From NCBI RefSeq assembly GCF_006345805.1, contig NC_043010.1, forward strand, positions 35,154,001 through 35,218,000: 64,000 nt of DNA. Direction: 5' to 3'. Position numbers and translations under genes: made by a program. The first letter of the stretch is position 1; the number at the start of each line of letters is the position of its first letter. Origin of the DNA: Octopus sinensis (lineage: Eukaryota). Under the pieces are notes generated by a model. That model searched no databases. It saw only the letters and a list, made by a program, of their open reading frames with translations, and was not told the DNA's origin. Shown here one piece after another: positions 11,729 to 24,507 of this stretch.

Positions 11729-12900
11729 TTGGGTCCTCCTATAAATAATGCAATTTTTTTCAATTGCATCAATTAAAGGTCGGTGGATGACAAGATAAAC
11801 TACTTGCAACAACTTGCTATAAAAGCAGGTAGTAATTTTACCTTGATCTTATTCTTAGTGCAAGTTTTGAAGAGTGCAGTTCGATTTTAACAGTTATTTT
11901 TTTCAAAGCTATAATGGAAGTGACAAAGGAGCATATTCAGCATATTTTACATTATGAGTTCAATAAAGGCAACAACGCAATGGAAAATGCAAGGAATATC
12001 AATGCAGTATATAGGGATCGGACAATAAGCGTAACCCAGTGTCAATGGTTGTTCCAGAAATTCCAAGCCAGAAACTACAGCCTAAAAGACAGGCCTTGTC
12101 CTTGAAGATTTGTAGAGCTCAACAAGGATGTTCTGCAAACCCTGGTGGAACAAAATCCCATCGTAACTGTTGAGAAGCTTGGATTTGATCATTCAACCAT
12201 TCGTCGATATGTGTGTGCCATCAGAGAAGTCAGCAAATTGGATCAATGGGTTCCTCACGTATTTTCTGGGTCTAATCACATGCAGAAAGTGAATGTGTGC
12301 TCTTTTTTGCTGTCATGTCTCACGAATCAAAATTTTTTGGACCGAATAGCAACTGGTGATGTGACATAGGTTCTCTATAAAAATGTCAAGCCCTGAAGAC
12401 AATGGGTAAGGAAAGGAGAAACGCTGGCACCCCACCTACGTAAGGTGTTGTTATCAGTTTGGTGGGATATGAAAGGTTTAGTCCACTTTGAACTTTTAAA
12501 CCCAAACCAGACAATAACAAAGGAGATCTACTGCAAGCAGCTTGAGTGGCTTAAGTCAGAGCTAGAAGTAAAATGACCATCTTTGGTTTCAAGACAAAAG
12601 GTGTTCTTCCATCACGATAGTGCTTGGTCACATACAGCGAGGATGACATTCCAAGGGCTGGAGCAATTTGAATGAGAAACGATGCCCCACCCATCATATT
12701 CACTGGACATTGACCCATATCATTATCATTTATCCTGCAGTCTTCAAAATCATTTGGATGGAAAAAATATGAATTATGTAGATGAGGTTAGAACAGTACT
12801 GGAGGAGTATTTTCCTCATGGACAAGTAAATTTTGGAAAAGGAACTTTGCAAGTCTACCAGATAGATGGAAAAGCATTGTAGAAAATGAAGGAGAGTATG
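11729..12900 (+). mobile_element. Mariner (Mos1-like, D,D34D) element, near full-length pseudogene; 5' TIR present, 3' TIR missing
   Basis: TA followed by ttgggtcctcctataaataatgc. Coding remnants MEVTKEHIQHILHYEFNKG, WVPH, RIATGD, VLLSVWWD, FFHHD and PHPSYSLDI carry multiple stops and frameshifts. Confidence 0.9.
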
Positions 12901-12907
12901 CTATATT

Positions 12908-13513
12908 AAACAGTAACAGTACAGAATCATAAAATATATTTGCCAACTAAATGTGGCAGTCCCATAGAGGGTGATGTTACTTTTGATTTTAGCCCCAGAA
13001 AGACATCTCCTCCCGCTGGCTAACGACACATTGTCTGTGTCCGATTAGTATTTGTGAGGGAAAGTCATCGCTCTCATCTCTAGCTTTATGTGATACACAC
13101 AAACCCAAGTTTCTGGGTAGTTACTTGTCTTCAGTGTGTGATAATCATCAGCTAGTTATGAAAACTCATTCCACTCGCAAAATACCATAAGCTTTTTCCA
13201 GCGACAAACTGTCACTGATCTCGGAAAAGGAGAAATAATCTATGTTAAATCTCTGAGTGAGAGGTAAACAGTAAGAGTATGGAATCATAAAATATATTTG
13301 CCTACTAAATGTGGCAGTCCCACAGAGAACAATGTTACTGTTGTTTTTAGCCTCAGGAAGACATCTCCTCCAGCTGGCTAACGACACACTGTCTGTGTCT
13401 GATTAATATATGTGAGGGGAGGTCATCGCTCTCATCTCTAGCCTTACGTGATGCACACAAACCCAGATGTTTGAGTAATTACCTGTTTTCATCATGTGAT
13501 AATCACCAGCTAG
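12908..13513 (+). repeat. Pair of about 250-bp direct repeats (12908-13155 and 13265-13513)
   Basis: Both read gaatcataaaatatatttgcc..ctaaatgtggcagtccc...gctggctaacgacaca...gtgataatca(t/c)cagctagt. Confidence 0.8.
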
Positions 13514-14934
13514 TGATTATGGTCCTGAGTTCAATTCCTGGTGATGCATTGTGTCCTTGAGCAACACACTCTATCTTCATGTTGCTCCAGTCCACTCAGG
13601 TGATAAAAATGTGTAGAACCTGTATTTCAAAGGAACAGCTTTGTCACACTGTGTATCACACTGAATCTCCCCCGAGAACTACCTTAAGGGTACATATGTC
13701 AGTGGAGTGCTCACCCACTTGGAAGTTAATTTCACAAGTAAGCTGTTCCATTTATCAGACCAACTGGAACCCTCATCATCGTAACCAATGGAGTGCCAGT
13801 TTCTCCTCTTCATCAAAGAGTTACTCACAAAAGATCACAATGAAAATTTATAAATATTTATGAATAGTTTGGGATCAATCATGACAGAAGTCTCTAGTAA
13901 AGGAACAACACAGAAGGAAAGATTTGACATATATTTTTTTTTTAAATCTGATTGTACCACCTCACAGCTTCATAAATTTTTTCAGTGACAAATTTTTTTG
14001 GGGGGTCTTCTACTACAGTTTGGCTTAATTAGACAAATCTCCTCAATGGCCAATTAGCTTCACAATCGGTCTCATGACATTGCACTCAAAATTGACCCAA
14101 ATAGTCAGAGAAAAACAATTGGTTCTATATCCAATGGGATAAAAAGCATTCATGACAAGTGTGAAATAGCTTATAAAGTGCTCAACAGAGGAATAAATCC
14201 TGAGGAGCTTTACTTATGAACAATAACATACACACACATGTTCCTATCTATCTGTCTGTTTATCTATCTATCGATATCATCTACATGGATGTGCATGTGC
14301 GTGTGTGTATAAATGTATATTCAAAAACACATTGGATAAACTAACACCAATATCAGACTAGCCAGCCCTTCAAGGATATACTCAGGAAAGATCAGCCACT
14401 ACAAACTCAATCATAGACCAACTTCTGGTCATAAAGTGACAACAAAACAGAAAGAAAATAAATTAAAGTGATGCTCCAGCATGGCTGAAACCATTAAAAG
14501 GATAAAAGACTATATAAATGCATACCTAAAACAAAAACAAAATACAAAAAAAAAAAGAGATCAATCAAAATGATTAGTTTAATTTTGAGAGAAATGGAAA
14601 GGGTTGGTGGTTATAAAGCTTCCAAGGAGGAAATAGAGGAGGAAACTGAACAGAGATTGGAAAAGGAAGAAGAAATAAATAAATTAAAAAGTGCAATTAT
14701 GGTGAGAAAGCCATGTGGAGTTGATTTATATGATGGCCATTGACTGACTGGAAGTCGGATGGTTGGCTGCATATAGTATTTTAAGACAAGAGTAAATGCA
14801 AGAAGTTTAGAGAGTATGCGTGATGTGGAACTAGTTTTTTTTAATGTATGCTTGGATTTTTGAATGCCATGTGTTTAGTGTGTATGTGATTGCATGTGCG
14901 TTCAAGTGCAAACGTGTTTGTTTATACCTGTCAT

Positions 14935-15323
14935 ATAGGCGTAGGAGTGGCTGTGTGGTAAGTAGCTTGCTTACAAACCACATGGTTCCAGGTTCAATCC
15001 CACTGTGTGGCACCTTGGGCAAGTGTCTTCTACCATAGCCTCGGGCCGACCAAAGCCTTGTGAGTGGATTTGGTGGACGGGAACTGAAAGAAGCCCATCA
15101 TATATATGTATGTGCGTGTATATGTTTGTGTGTCTGTTTGTCCCCCCAACATCGCTTGACAACCGATGCTGGTGTGTTTATGTCCCCATAACTTAGCAGT
15201 TCGGCAAAAGAGACTGATGGAATAAGTACTAGGTATACAAAGAATAAGTTCTGAGGTCGATTTGCCCGACTAAAGGCAGTGCTCCAGCATGGCCACAGTC
15301 ACATGACTGAAACAAGTAAAAGA
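14935..15323 (+). mobile_element. tRNA-derived SINE family A, full length
   Basis: Head ggcgtaggagtggctgtgtggtaag (A box) and ggttcaatccc (B box), internal (TA)/(TG) tract, tail catggccacagtc...aagtaaaaga. Further copies or fragments at about 17819-18200(-), 21185-21340(-), 23315-23460(-), 23690-23840(-), 25050-25220(+), 36088-36443(+), 40405-40640(-), 45253-45576(-), 51620-51785(-), 51789-52219(+), 54845-55000(-) and 63728-63800(-). Confidence 0.9.
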
Positions 15324-15809
15324 GGCAGGCACTCTGTAGTTTAATTGATAATAAAATTTGTCAGTAAGCAATAGATAAGTTGTCTAAACCCAGGCAGTGA
15401 ATGTGCTGCTCTTGTCTCTCTGAAATTGGTACTAATGTCCATTAGAATGACTTGTTTTTTAACTAATATATTTGAAGGCATAAAAGACATACAGGCATAT
15501 TAGACATACCCCAATTTCAGCAGCATATTCTCAGGATAAAAAAATTTTAGCGCATTAAACCTTTTGGAAGGCCAAATTTTGCATGTAGGGTCCAGGGTGG
15601 ATTTCTTAAGATTTGTTTTGTTTTGAAAAAAATGTCTTATATGCCATCAAATCCAATAGATTTTTCTCTCTTTATTTTTCTTTTAGCTAAGATCGTTTAC
15701 TGTTTAGCTAAATATAAGCCACTTTCAACTCAATTAGCCTAGTCTTTGATAAATTGTCCACAGTATTTAAAACCGATGTCATCTAACTTTAGAGGTTTTT
15801 GACTATAGT

Positions 15810-16037
15810 TAACTCTTTAGCATTTAAATGAGCCATATCATACCTAAATAGTCTACTTTGTTTTATATTCAAACTGGCCCAGATTCAGCTTTTCACGCCT
15901 ACCCTACAATGTTATTCTAAAAATAAACAATCGCTTCATCAAAATCTTGAAGCTACATGACCCTGCATGAATAATTTGAAACAATGTGAATCAACAAGCA
16001 TTTCTTTTGACAGAGTAATCTGAATACTAAAGGGTCA
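15810..16037. mobile_element. piggyBac-type MITE (decayed)
   Basis: Ends ttaactctttagcatt... and ...aatactaaagggtca, approximating a TTAA target with ccctttagcatt TIRs. Confidence 0.55.
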
Positions 16038-16051
16038 TATTTTATTACATA

Positions 16052-17455
16052 CTAGCATTATGACCCGTCATTGCCAGGTCATAGTGCTAGTGCATGTATA
16101 TATGTGTATATATATGTGTACATATTACATGTACATCTATATATATATATATCTACACATAAAATACAAAATACAAAGTTATATCTTGATATCGCTAGTG
16201 ATAACAATACTCAAAATATATAGCAGACTGGAATTGTAGGCCCGTCTCTTGCAATTTCGATCAATTGTATCTTGTCCTCCCTCTTGTATAGAAGTGTGGC
16301 TACAATCCAGCCTACCTCTACTTCTGGGGGGACATTTTAAATTTTTATCCGGGACATCCTACGTCCCAGATATAAAGGTAAAAATAAAATATTTCCACTT
16401 TGCAAGGTTCGAGTCGAGTACTCCCTTGCACACTCCATTGACTCAAACCTTGCTTTTATTGTGGCGAATTTACCGCCTCTGGTTAGATATCTTTCATAGT
16501 CGCACCAAGACACTTTTCGATAGTGCTTTCCTCCAGGTGTTCAAATCTTTTTTTTTCTCTACATTGTATACTTTATAGACAATAGTCTTTTCTTTAATTT
16601 AATTTTTTATTTCGTTTGGTGGTGTTATCCTAGATTCACTGTCTTTGTCGGTGATCAATGCGAAATAGGTTTGTATTTCTTCCATTTTAATTTTAATGAG
16701 TCCACGCCTGCCGACGGCTGCAGCGAAATTCATTTTTGGACTTTCTTCTATCGAAGGCATTCTAACAAAAATGCTTCCGTGTAAACGGTGGAAATATTGT
16801 CAATTTCTCCAAACAGGACACAATTCAATTTTTAAACAATAACCAAAGCTCCTTCTCCCAAAGGGGGAGGGTTACAGTTTACAATTATTTAACAAATGCA
16901 ACACAACAATGTTTCCCTTACAAGGAACCAACAAACGTGATAACAATAGTTAAACAATAATAATAACAACAAACCTTACGGTGAATCAAAAAGCAGTATG
17001 CAGTTGATTTAATTTAATTTATTCCCATTCATGTGAAACCACTTATTCAAGTTCAAGTCATTGATGCAATTTTATACCAATTGCTATTTTTACTTTTGTT
17101 ATGGTACGATTATATTATACTTTAGTTTGATTTTAATTATTACTTACTACATATAATTCAATTGTTATTATTATCTCTAATTTTTATTGTTAAAGTGAAA
17201 GTATCTGACATAAAATAGAGAAATGTTTTTGTTTCACTTTTAACACGTAATACTGAAGTAGTGGAGAAGATATGATATTGCTATGGGCTCACCGCCCTAG
17301 GCAAGAAGTTGAATATTTTTTTTGCCCATGAAACTACATGGACCCTAAGTAAGGCATGTGTAAAATTTGAATGAAATTGGTTGTGTAGTTCTCAAGTTTT
17401 AGGGAAACACACAGACAGACAGACACACATTCTCAGTTTTAAATATATATAGAGA
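16052..17455 (-). mobile_element. Non-autonomous Helitron
   Basis: On the minus strand it starts a|TCTCTATATATATTTAAAACTGAGAATGTGTGTCTGTCTGTCTG. It ends with hairpin gacctggcaatgacgggtc followed by CTAG|t, consistent with A/T insertion and no TSD. Confidence 0.75.
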
Positions 17456-17691
17456 TAACCTCATGGGAAGGGGTTTTTTATACTTTTAGTTATGTTGTTG
17501 TTTAGCCCCCAGATCAATCTTGATCAAAAGCAATCAAACTATAACTATTTTGTTTTCTATTCAGTTATTCAAACATAGTATCCTTTCTAAGGTTGCATTA
17601 TCATTATTTAACATGCCCTTCCTGTTTTAAAAACAGTAGTATGTGAAGAGGATCTAGCAGTTATTTTTAGCAGTTCAGAGGACACTTAGAG

Positions 17692-18293
17692 CAGTAGTTC
17701 TCAACCCTTTTTTACCTATGAACCCATTTCGTTCCTATTTTACCCAAGGTTGGGAGACTCTCATATTCATTCAACATCTAAAAACTCCTGTTATATTTTT
17801 ATGATTAAATATTAAGAATTACTCTTTTACTTGTTTCAGTCATTTGACTGTGGCCATGCTGGAGCACTGCCTTTAGTTGAACAAATCAATCCCAGGACCT
17901 TCTTATTCATTGTAAGCCTAGTACTTATTCTGTTGGTCTCTTTGCTGAACTGCTAAATTACAGGGACGTAAACACACTAACACCAGTTATCAAGTGATGG
18001 TGGGAGGACGGATAGACACACAAACACACACACATTTATATGATGGGCTTCTTTCAGTTTCCATCTTCCAAGTTCACATCCACTAATAAGGCTTTGGTTG
18101 GCCTGGGGTTATAGTAGACAACACTTGCCCAAGGTGCCACACAGTGGGACTGAACCCGGAACCATGTGGTTGGGAAGCAAACTTCTTATTACACAGACAC
18201 TTGTATAAAAAAAAACTATTAAATAGTTTGTGCATTGTAGAAATATAAGTAGTTTATTACAAATATCATATGGACTCTGGTTGAGAACCACTG
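17692..18293. mobile_element. hAT (Charlie-like) MITE with nested SINE A
   Basis: TIRs cagtagttctcaacc / ggttgagaaccactg. Degenerate 8-bp TSD acttagag / actgaggg. Confidence 0.75.
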
Positions 18294-18761
18294 ACTGAGG
18301 GCCTTCCTTATTTGCCCTGCTAGTGAGTAATTCTGAATTAAAGCTAAGCAGTTTTCTGAAACAACATTGATATATTTTTGCGTGTGTTTTGGTTAAGAAA
18401 TTAATGGAGGATTACAAGTGTGATCTGAAGAATACTTAGCTTCTATTTTTAGCAGGCTGAAAACTCATGCAGCGGTTTCCTCATTGATTCAGATTTCTTA
18501 GGGTTTTTAATTATTATTTAGTTAAACGTTCTTTTAAGCTAGTCTGATCTGTTTTTAAAATATTTTCACCTAAGAAATTTTATCTCTTAACTAAGTTTGC
18601 CAAACAAAAAAAAATGTGCCTAAAGTGAAGCCTAAATGGTTTCACCCACATTTTTTTATTTTTTTTATGGAAAAATAAAATTAAACTAGACAAAACTAAT
18701 CGCCTTCAATGTGTTTCCTTCTACAATTTTCTTCTTTTTTTCTGCCAAGTTCATTTTAAAT

Positions 18762-18866
18762 TTATTCTGCCAAAGACCTATAATTGGTATCTTTGACAAA
18801 TTTCGACAGATATGTACAGCTCAGTTCCATTTTAATATTCTTGTCAACAAAATAATCCAGGGCACC
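18762..18866 (-). CDS. NATD1: NATD1 coding exon 3 (last): GALDYFVDKNIKMELSCTYLSKFVKDTNYRSLAE*
   Basis: Strong acceptor (long T tract, tttcag|GGT), phase 0 matching the exon 2 donor. Aligns by eye with the human NATD1 C-terminus ([27 protein letters not shown]). Candidate AATAAA at 18655-18660. Confidence 0.9.
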   Translation of the reverse strand, partial: GALDYFVDKNIKMELSCTYLSKFVKDTNYRSLAE

Positions 18867-19474
18867 CTGAAAATTATAAAGAAAAAAAAAAACAGATAGA
18901 AACATATAGGTCAAAAAGAAAATTGAAAGAAAAAGCAAAGTAAGAAAATTTATTAAATAAGAACATTTTCAGACATAAGTACAAGGTCAGAAATTTTGAG
19001 AGAGGCACCAGCAATCCACAGAACTTGACTGGTATTTTATTTTATCCAATCAAAAAGAAAGACCCTTGATGGGTTTAAAATACAGAACACAAAAGGATAC
19101 AATCCTGAAAGGCATTTTGTCTACTACTCTAACAGTTCCACCTAAGAATTAATGATATAAAAAACATAGTGGCCAGTTAAAAGATACCAAATGCATGAGA
19201 AAGATTATTTAAAACACTGTTGTTGAATCTAATCCATTGGAGGATTAAAAGAGGAAGAGTGAGTTTGAGTGTTGTAAAGCCAAAAGGGATTCAACTTGAT
19301 GCAATTATATATGATAATTCACCTTTCAGAACTGTCTTTTTTCTCATGAGATCATAATCCTGAAATAGATTAGGTAAGAGCAAAAACAGATAGACAGACA
19401 GCTATACATGTATGCATGTATGCATACATACGTGCATGCATACATACATATATACATAAATACATATATACATA

Positions 19475-20010
19475 CATGGTGGCTGCCCCCTCGTTATCGA
19501 GTATGGCCATTGCACGAAGCTTAATCAATGTTGTTATCATGCAATGCCTGTGCAAGAAGGTTTTATTTTAAAGTGAGGAAAGGCTGTGCACTGAGTCAAT
19601 CCCACTCACTAAGCAACAGCAGCCATAAGCCGAAAAGAAGAACAAGTCAACATCATCGGTAACCACTGAGCCGCAGGTTTTATGTCGGAGTTATCCCAGT
19701 TACCTGAGTTACCATCTCCTAGAAGGATGCCCTAACAAAGGCTAGGAGTCCTTCACTCCTAATGGTTTAATCATGCGATCGAGTGCTACTGGTAACATGT
19801 AACCCAGTACAACCTGTTGCATGATTGGGTCTTCAGCGACTAAACCGGCAACCCCACCAAGCTTGCTTGGTGAGGAGGGTGTTTATTGGACACCCTGCGG
19901 GATGAAAGACAAAACCTGTCAATGGGCAGAGGAACTCTTGAGAGTCAACGGCCATCCAATAAATGTCTTAAAGCTGTATCATGCGCGGGGACATAGAAAT
20001 AATCAGACTG
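19475..20010 (+). mobile_element. GC-richer repeat resembling a LINE 5' region (tentative)
   Basis: Non-microsatellite, CpG-containing block bounded by (CATA)n tracts. No recognisable protein motif. Confidence 0.3.
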
Positions 20011-20011
20011 A

Positions 20012-20042
<31 letters not shown>

Positions 20043-20317
20043 CTTGATGACCTCACTGGTGCTGGTGCCATGTGAAAAGTATCCAGTATGCTCTATGAAG
20101 TGGTTGGCATTAGGAAGGGTATCTAGCAGAAGAAACCACACCAAAGGAGACACTGGAGCTTGGTCCAGTCCTCTATTCTGCCAACTCCTACTGAATCATC
20201 CAATCCATGCCAGCATGAAATGGAAGTTAAGTGATGAAAATGACAACAACAATGATGATGACATGCACCAGAGCCAACGCTGTAATGGCTTGCATTAAGT
20301 TATCTTCCCTGTAGCAG

Positions 20318-20785
20318 GACGTGACAAATTTAACTCTTACAACAAACATGAGGGCCCAGTTTTTCGGCGACAACTTATCGGGCGACTTCTCCAAGCAACT
20401 TCTCACCGACGATGATGGTACAGCTCCCTTTGATGCAGCTGGAGAGATGGCTGTCTCACACATAGGCACACCTGTGGACACTGTGGAAGACCTTACAACT
20501 GCTATTTTTCTCGATCTGCACATAAACTACCAAAACCTGAATTGGCTGTGCGAAAGAGCCATATTAGCTCCCAAAAACACATTTGTTGCGAAACTGAATG
20601 AAAACCTACATTGAAGCCTTCCTGGAAACCTTCACACCTACAAGTCTGTGGACATTGTTGTAGACCAAGAAGAGGCTGTTAATTTTCCCACAGAATTCCT
20701 CAATTCCTTGGACCCCTCTGGACTACCACTTCATCAACTGTACCTCAAAATTGGAGTTCCAGTCATGCTGGTGAGGAACCTGGAG
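20318..20785 (+). pseudogene. Helitron PIF1-like helicase fragment
   Basis: LTLTTNMRA, WLCERAILAPKN, (stop) SLPGNLHTYKSVD and NFPTEFLNSLDPSGLPLHQLYLKIGVPVMLVRNL are typical Helitron helicase blocks. Confidence 0.9.
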
Positions 20786-21999
20786 AGAAAGAGGGAGATG
20801 ATGCACAACTTTTCTGGACAGAAATTTCTGTGGCCAGCATACTGAACACTATCATTTTTGTTTTATTTTTTGCTTTCTTTAATACACACACACACACATA
20901 TATGAAATACACTTTAATTGAAATACAGTTTATCCATGGATGTTAGTGTGCCAGTGTGTCACACTTTTTCAACTTTACTCCTAGGCTAACATATCATACT
21001 ATTTTGGAATCAGGCTGACTCCATGAGTAAACTAAAAACATTCTGAGCCGAATCCAGACCTGCAATCCTGAAATTTTGGATTCCTATGTTTTCATTATTT
21101 TGATTATATTTGGCAATTTCTTTTTATCTGATTTTTAGCAATAAATATGATCATATATATACAACAAATATATATATATATACAACAGACTTCTTTCAAT
21201 TTCTGTTTACCAAATCCACTCACAAGGCTTTGGTCAACCCAGGGCTATAGTAAAAAACACCTGCTCAAGGTGCCACACAGAGGGACTGAACCGGGAACCA
21301 TGTGGTCAGGAAACAAGCTCCTTACCACACAACCATGCCTAATGTTAAAAATATCCCATGCAAGTTGGAAAAATAATAATAAAAGGAAGAAAATAAGCAA
21401 TCTCTTTTATATTACAGTTAATTAATTCCAAAGTTCATCATTACTACAAGACCATTTCAAAATACAATAGGTATTCAACCACAAATTATCTCAATGAAAT
21501 TATTTCAAAATATATTGTTATGTATTACAAAATATTGTATCATATAAAAAATTCTTTACTACAATCAAATCGTTTCAAGAGTATGGATTCCAAAGTACAT
21601 TTTAACATTCAAATCATTTCAAAATTCATCATTAAACACTCCTAAACAGATATTTCCCAAAATACATAATTAAAACTTCCTAAGTACGTAATTACAAACT
21701 GGTTTCACTTCTTGAAAGAGATATTTATTGCAATATATACGTGTAATGGCTATATACGTATATGTATATATGTCTCCTCTGTTTTTAATCATTCAAGTTC
21801 TTCCCCTGAAGGAGTTGGTTTCTAACAAAGATACAAAGTTCAATGTTTGGAATTCAGATAACAAAAACGTCACATTTTAAAGCTGAGAAAAGTCTTGTAT
21901 AGTTTTACTTTTCCATTTACAGATTGCATTGGTAATGAGTGAACCAGTTGGTTGATTTCTTTTTGTTTGTTTCTATGTATGTTTGCGTGTGTGTGTGTA

Positions 22000-22033
<34 letters not shown>

Positions 22034-22066
22034 TAAGAAAGTTTGTTTGGTAAAGCACGTGGGTGA

Positions 22067-22606
22067 ATATATAAGAAAATAGTAAAGTGTGAAAAAACGA
22101 CAGAAGGCTTAAATGTTAAAAAATATATATATTTGTGTCAAAATGTCTGGAGAATATTGGAAAAATTTTTTTTCCCTTTCCTTAAAATGACATAATTTAA
22201 AAAATTTTTAAAGAAATTACCGGTTTCGCGTGTAGCTTTTCAAATTTCTTGTGACGTTATGTTTATATTGCATGGAATTATCGTTGTTTTTATTTCCAGG
22301 AGATTTCTAAATAAGGGGAGGTAGTGAGTGATTTTTTCCACCGGAAAAAATCACTCACTACCTCCCCTTATTTAGAAATCTCCTGGAAATAAAAACAACG
22401 ATAATTCCATGCAATATAAACATAACGTCACAAGAAATTTGAAAAGCTACACGCGAAACCGGTAATTTCTTTAAAAATTTTTTAAATTATGTCATTTTAA
22501 GGAAAGGGAAAAAAAATTTTTCCAATATTCTCCAGACATTTTGACACAAATATATATATTTTTTAACATTTAAGCCTTCTGTCGTTTTTTCACACTTTAC
22601 TATTTT

Positions 22607-22615
<9 letters not shown>
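22067..22615. repeat. Perfect palindrome: 273-bp arms, 3-nt spacer (acc, 22340-22342)
   Basis: Manual comparison found no mismatch or indel. Mirror positions sum to 44682 at both centre and ends. Confidence 0.95.
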
Positions 22616-22641
<26 letters not shown>

Positions 22642-22649
22642 GAGCAAAA

Positions 22650-23204
22650 GGCACACACACCCCCTCCATCCAATGGACAGTGCTGAGTTGTCAAACATTC
22701 AAGCCAAATTTTCTCAAAACAACTTGTCCGACCATCCCATAATTAAGCATGCCTTCATTTCAATAAAATTTCTGGTTTTGTTAAACGATGTTAAGGCAAA
22801 AAAAAAAAAACTTCTTGAGAAACCAAATAGTCTTTCCTTCCTTCATGCCAAGTTTGAAGAAAATATCTCTTTTGCATCTTACTTGTTTGGTCTCTTAAAT
22901 ATACTGTATTTTGTGGCATTATTTCAAGCCAGCCAGCTTTTTTTGCGCAAACTTCACATGCATGTTTCTCACATACGCATAGTATCGATCACAACAGCTG
23001 ATGTACTTGCACATACAAATGCACGTTCCCACGGCTTTATCGATCGCATTCTCACCTGGAATCAATTTTTGTAATTTTTTCAAGACTTATACACACCCTG
23101 ATACCATTGGTATCTACATATCAAATTTGAGCGCAATCGGATGGAGGATGCCCGAGATCCTAGAAGACACAAACACAGACAGAATGGATTTTATATAATA
23201 GATA
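22650..23204 (-). mobile_element. Helitron-type non-autonomous element, 5' portion
   Basis: Minus strand starts a|TCTATTATATATAAAATCC...CTGTCTGTGTTTGTG, the same architecture as 16052-17455. The 3' end is lost at a (TA)n tract. Confidence 0.55.
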
Positions 23205-23853
23205 TATATTAGCTGGCCTTGTGCCATCAAAAATAATGGCTAATGGTAGTATTTTATATATAAACTAGCAGAGATATCCGGTTGTGCTTGGGATTAAAAT
23301 GGCATAATTCTTTATTGTTTTACTTGTTTCAGTCATGTGACTGCAGCCATGCTGGAGCACCGCCTTTAGTTGAACAACTCAACCCCAGGAATTATACTTT
23401 GTAAACCTAGTAGCCATTCTATCGGTGTCTTTTGCTGAAACGCTAAGTTACAGGGATGTAAATAAAGTTACAGGGATGCAAAAAAACCAATTTTTTTTCT
23501 TAGTGAAAATCGTGCGAGTGTTAATCTACAAATTTAACAGCATTTTTTCCATTCATTTCTGTTTATGAACATGTATGCATGCACAAAACATGCAATAGGT
23601 GTATGTACTTACGTGTGTGTATGTGTGTTCGTAAGTGTTGCCCATATATATTTATATTATATTATACTAAATATAATATATATAATGTCTTTTACTCTCT
23701 TTTACTTGTTTCAGTCATTTGACTGCGGCCATGCTGGAGCACCACCTTTTAGTCGAGCAAATCAACCCCAGGACTTATTCTTCATAAGTCTAGTACTTAT
23801 TCTATCGGTCTCTTTTGCTGAACCGCTAAGTAACAGGGACAAAATCAAGATGC

Positions 23854-23925
23854 CTCCCCGGCGGGGAATTGAACCCCGGTCTCCCGCGTGACAAGCTAGG
23901 ATACTTACCACTATACTACCAAGGA
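23854..23925 (-). tRNA. tRNA-Asp(GTC), probable pseudogene
   Basis: 72-nt sequence TCCTTGGTAGTATAGTGGTAAGTATCCTAGCTTGTCACGCGGGAGACCGGGGTTCAATTCCCCGCCGGGGAG with intact A/B boxes. The anticodon stem has an A.G mismatch. A TTTT run follows about 9 nt downstream. Confidence 0.85.
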
Positions 23926-24507
23926 CAGTTATATATAATATAACCAATTTCAATGGACTTCGCCCAAATTTGACGTCGATATTACTTAGTTTGGTTTGAA
24001 ATAAAGAACTTGATTAGCTTAATAATCGTAACTTAATCCCGGGCAAGGCCAGGTTATACTGCTAGTATAATATATATTACGGAGATGTACTCGCATAGCA
24101 AGTAATTTGATCTGAGATCGTGTGCTGAAACGAAAACAACTGCAGCATGGAATGTGTTTATAAGCCATTTAAGAAACACACAAAAGCCGTTGAAGTGAAT
24201 CAAACGGCTTTTGTGTGTTTCTTAAATGGCTTATAAACACCTTCCACGCTGCAATTGTTATAATATATATATAAAACATATAATATATATATAATATATG
24301 ATATATGTATATCATATATAATATTTTATTATATATATAAAATAAAATCATTATCATTGTCATTATCATTTAACATCTGTTAATCCAAATCGTGATGAAT
24401 AAAAAAAGAAGCTAGAGTGTGACCACAGTCAACCAGCTGGAACAAATATTTGAATGTTTCGAACTATTACCACTTATATCTATATATGTAGCCAATATCT
24501 GGATTTA

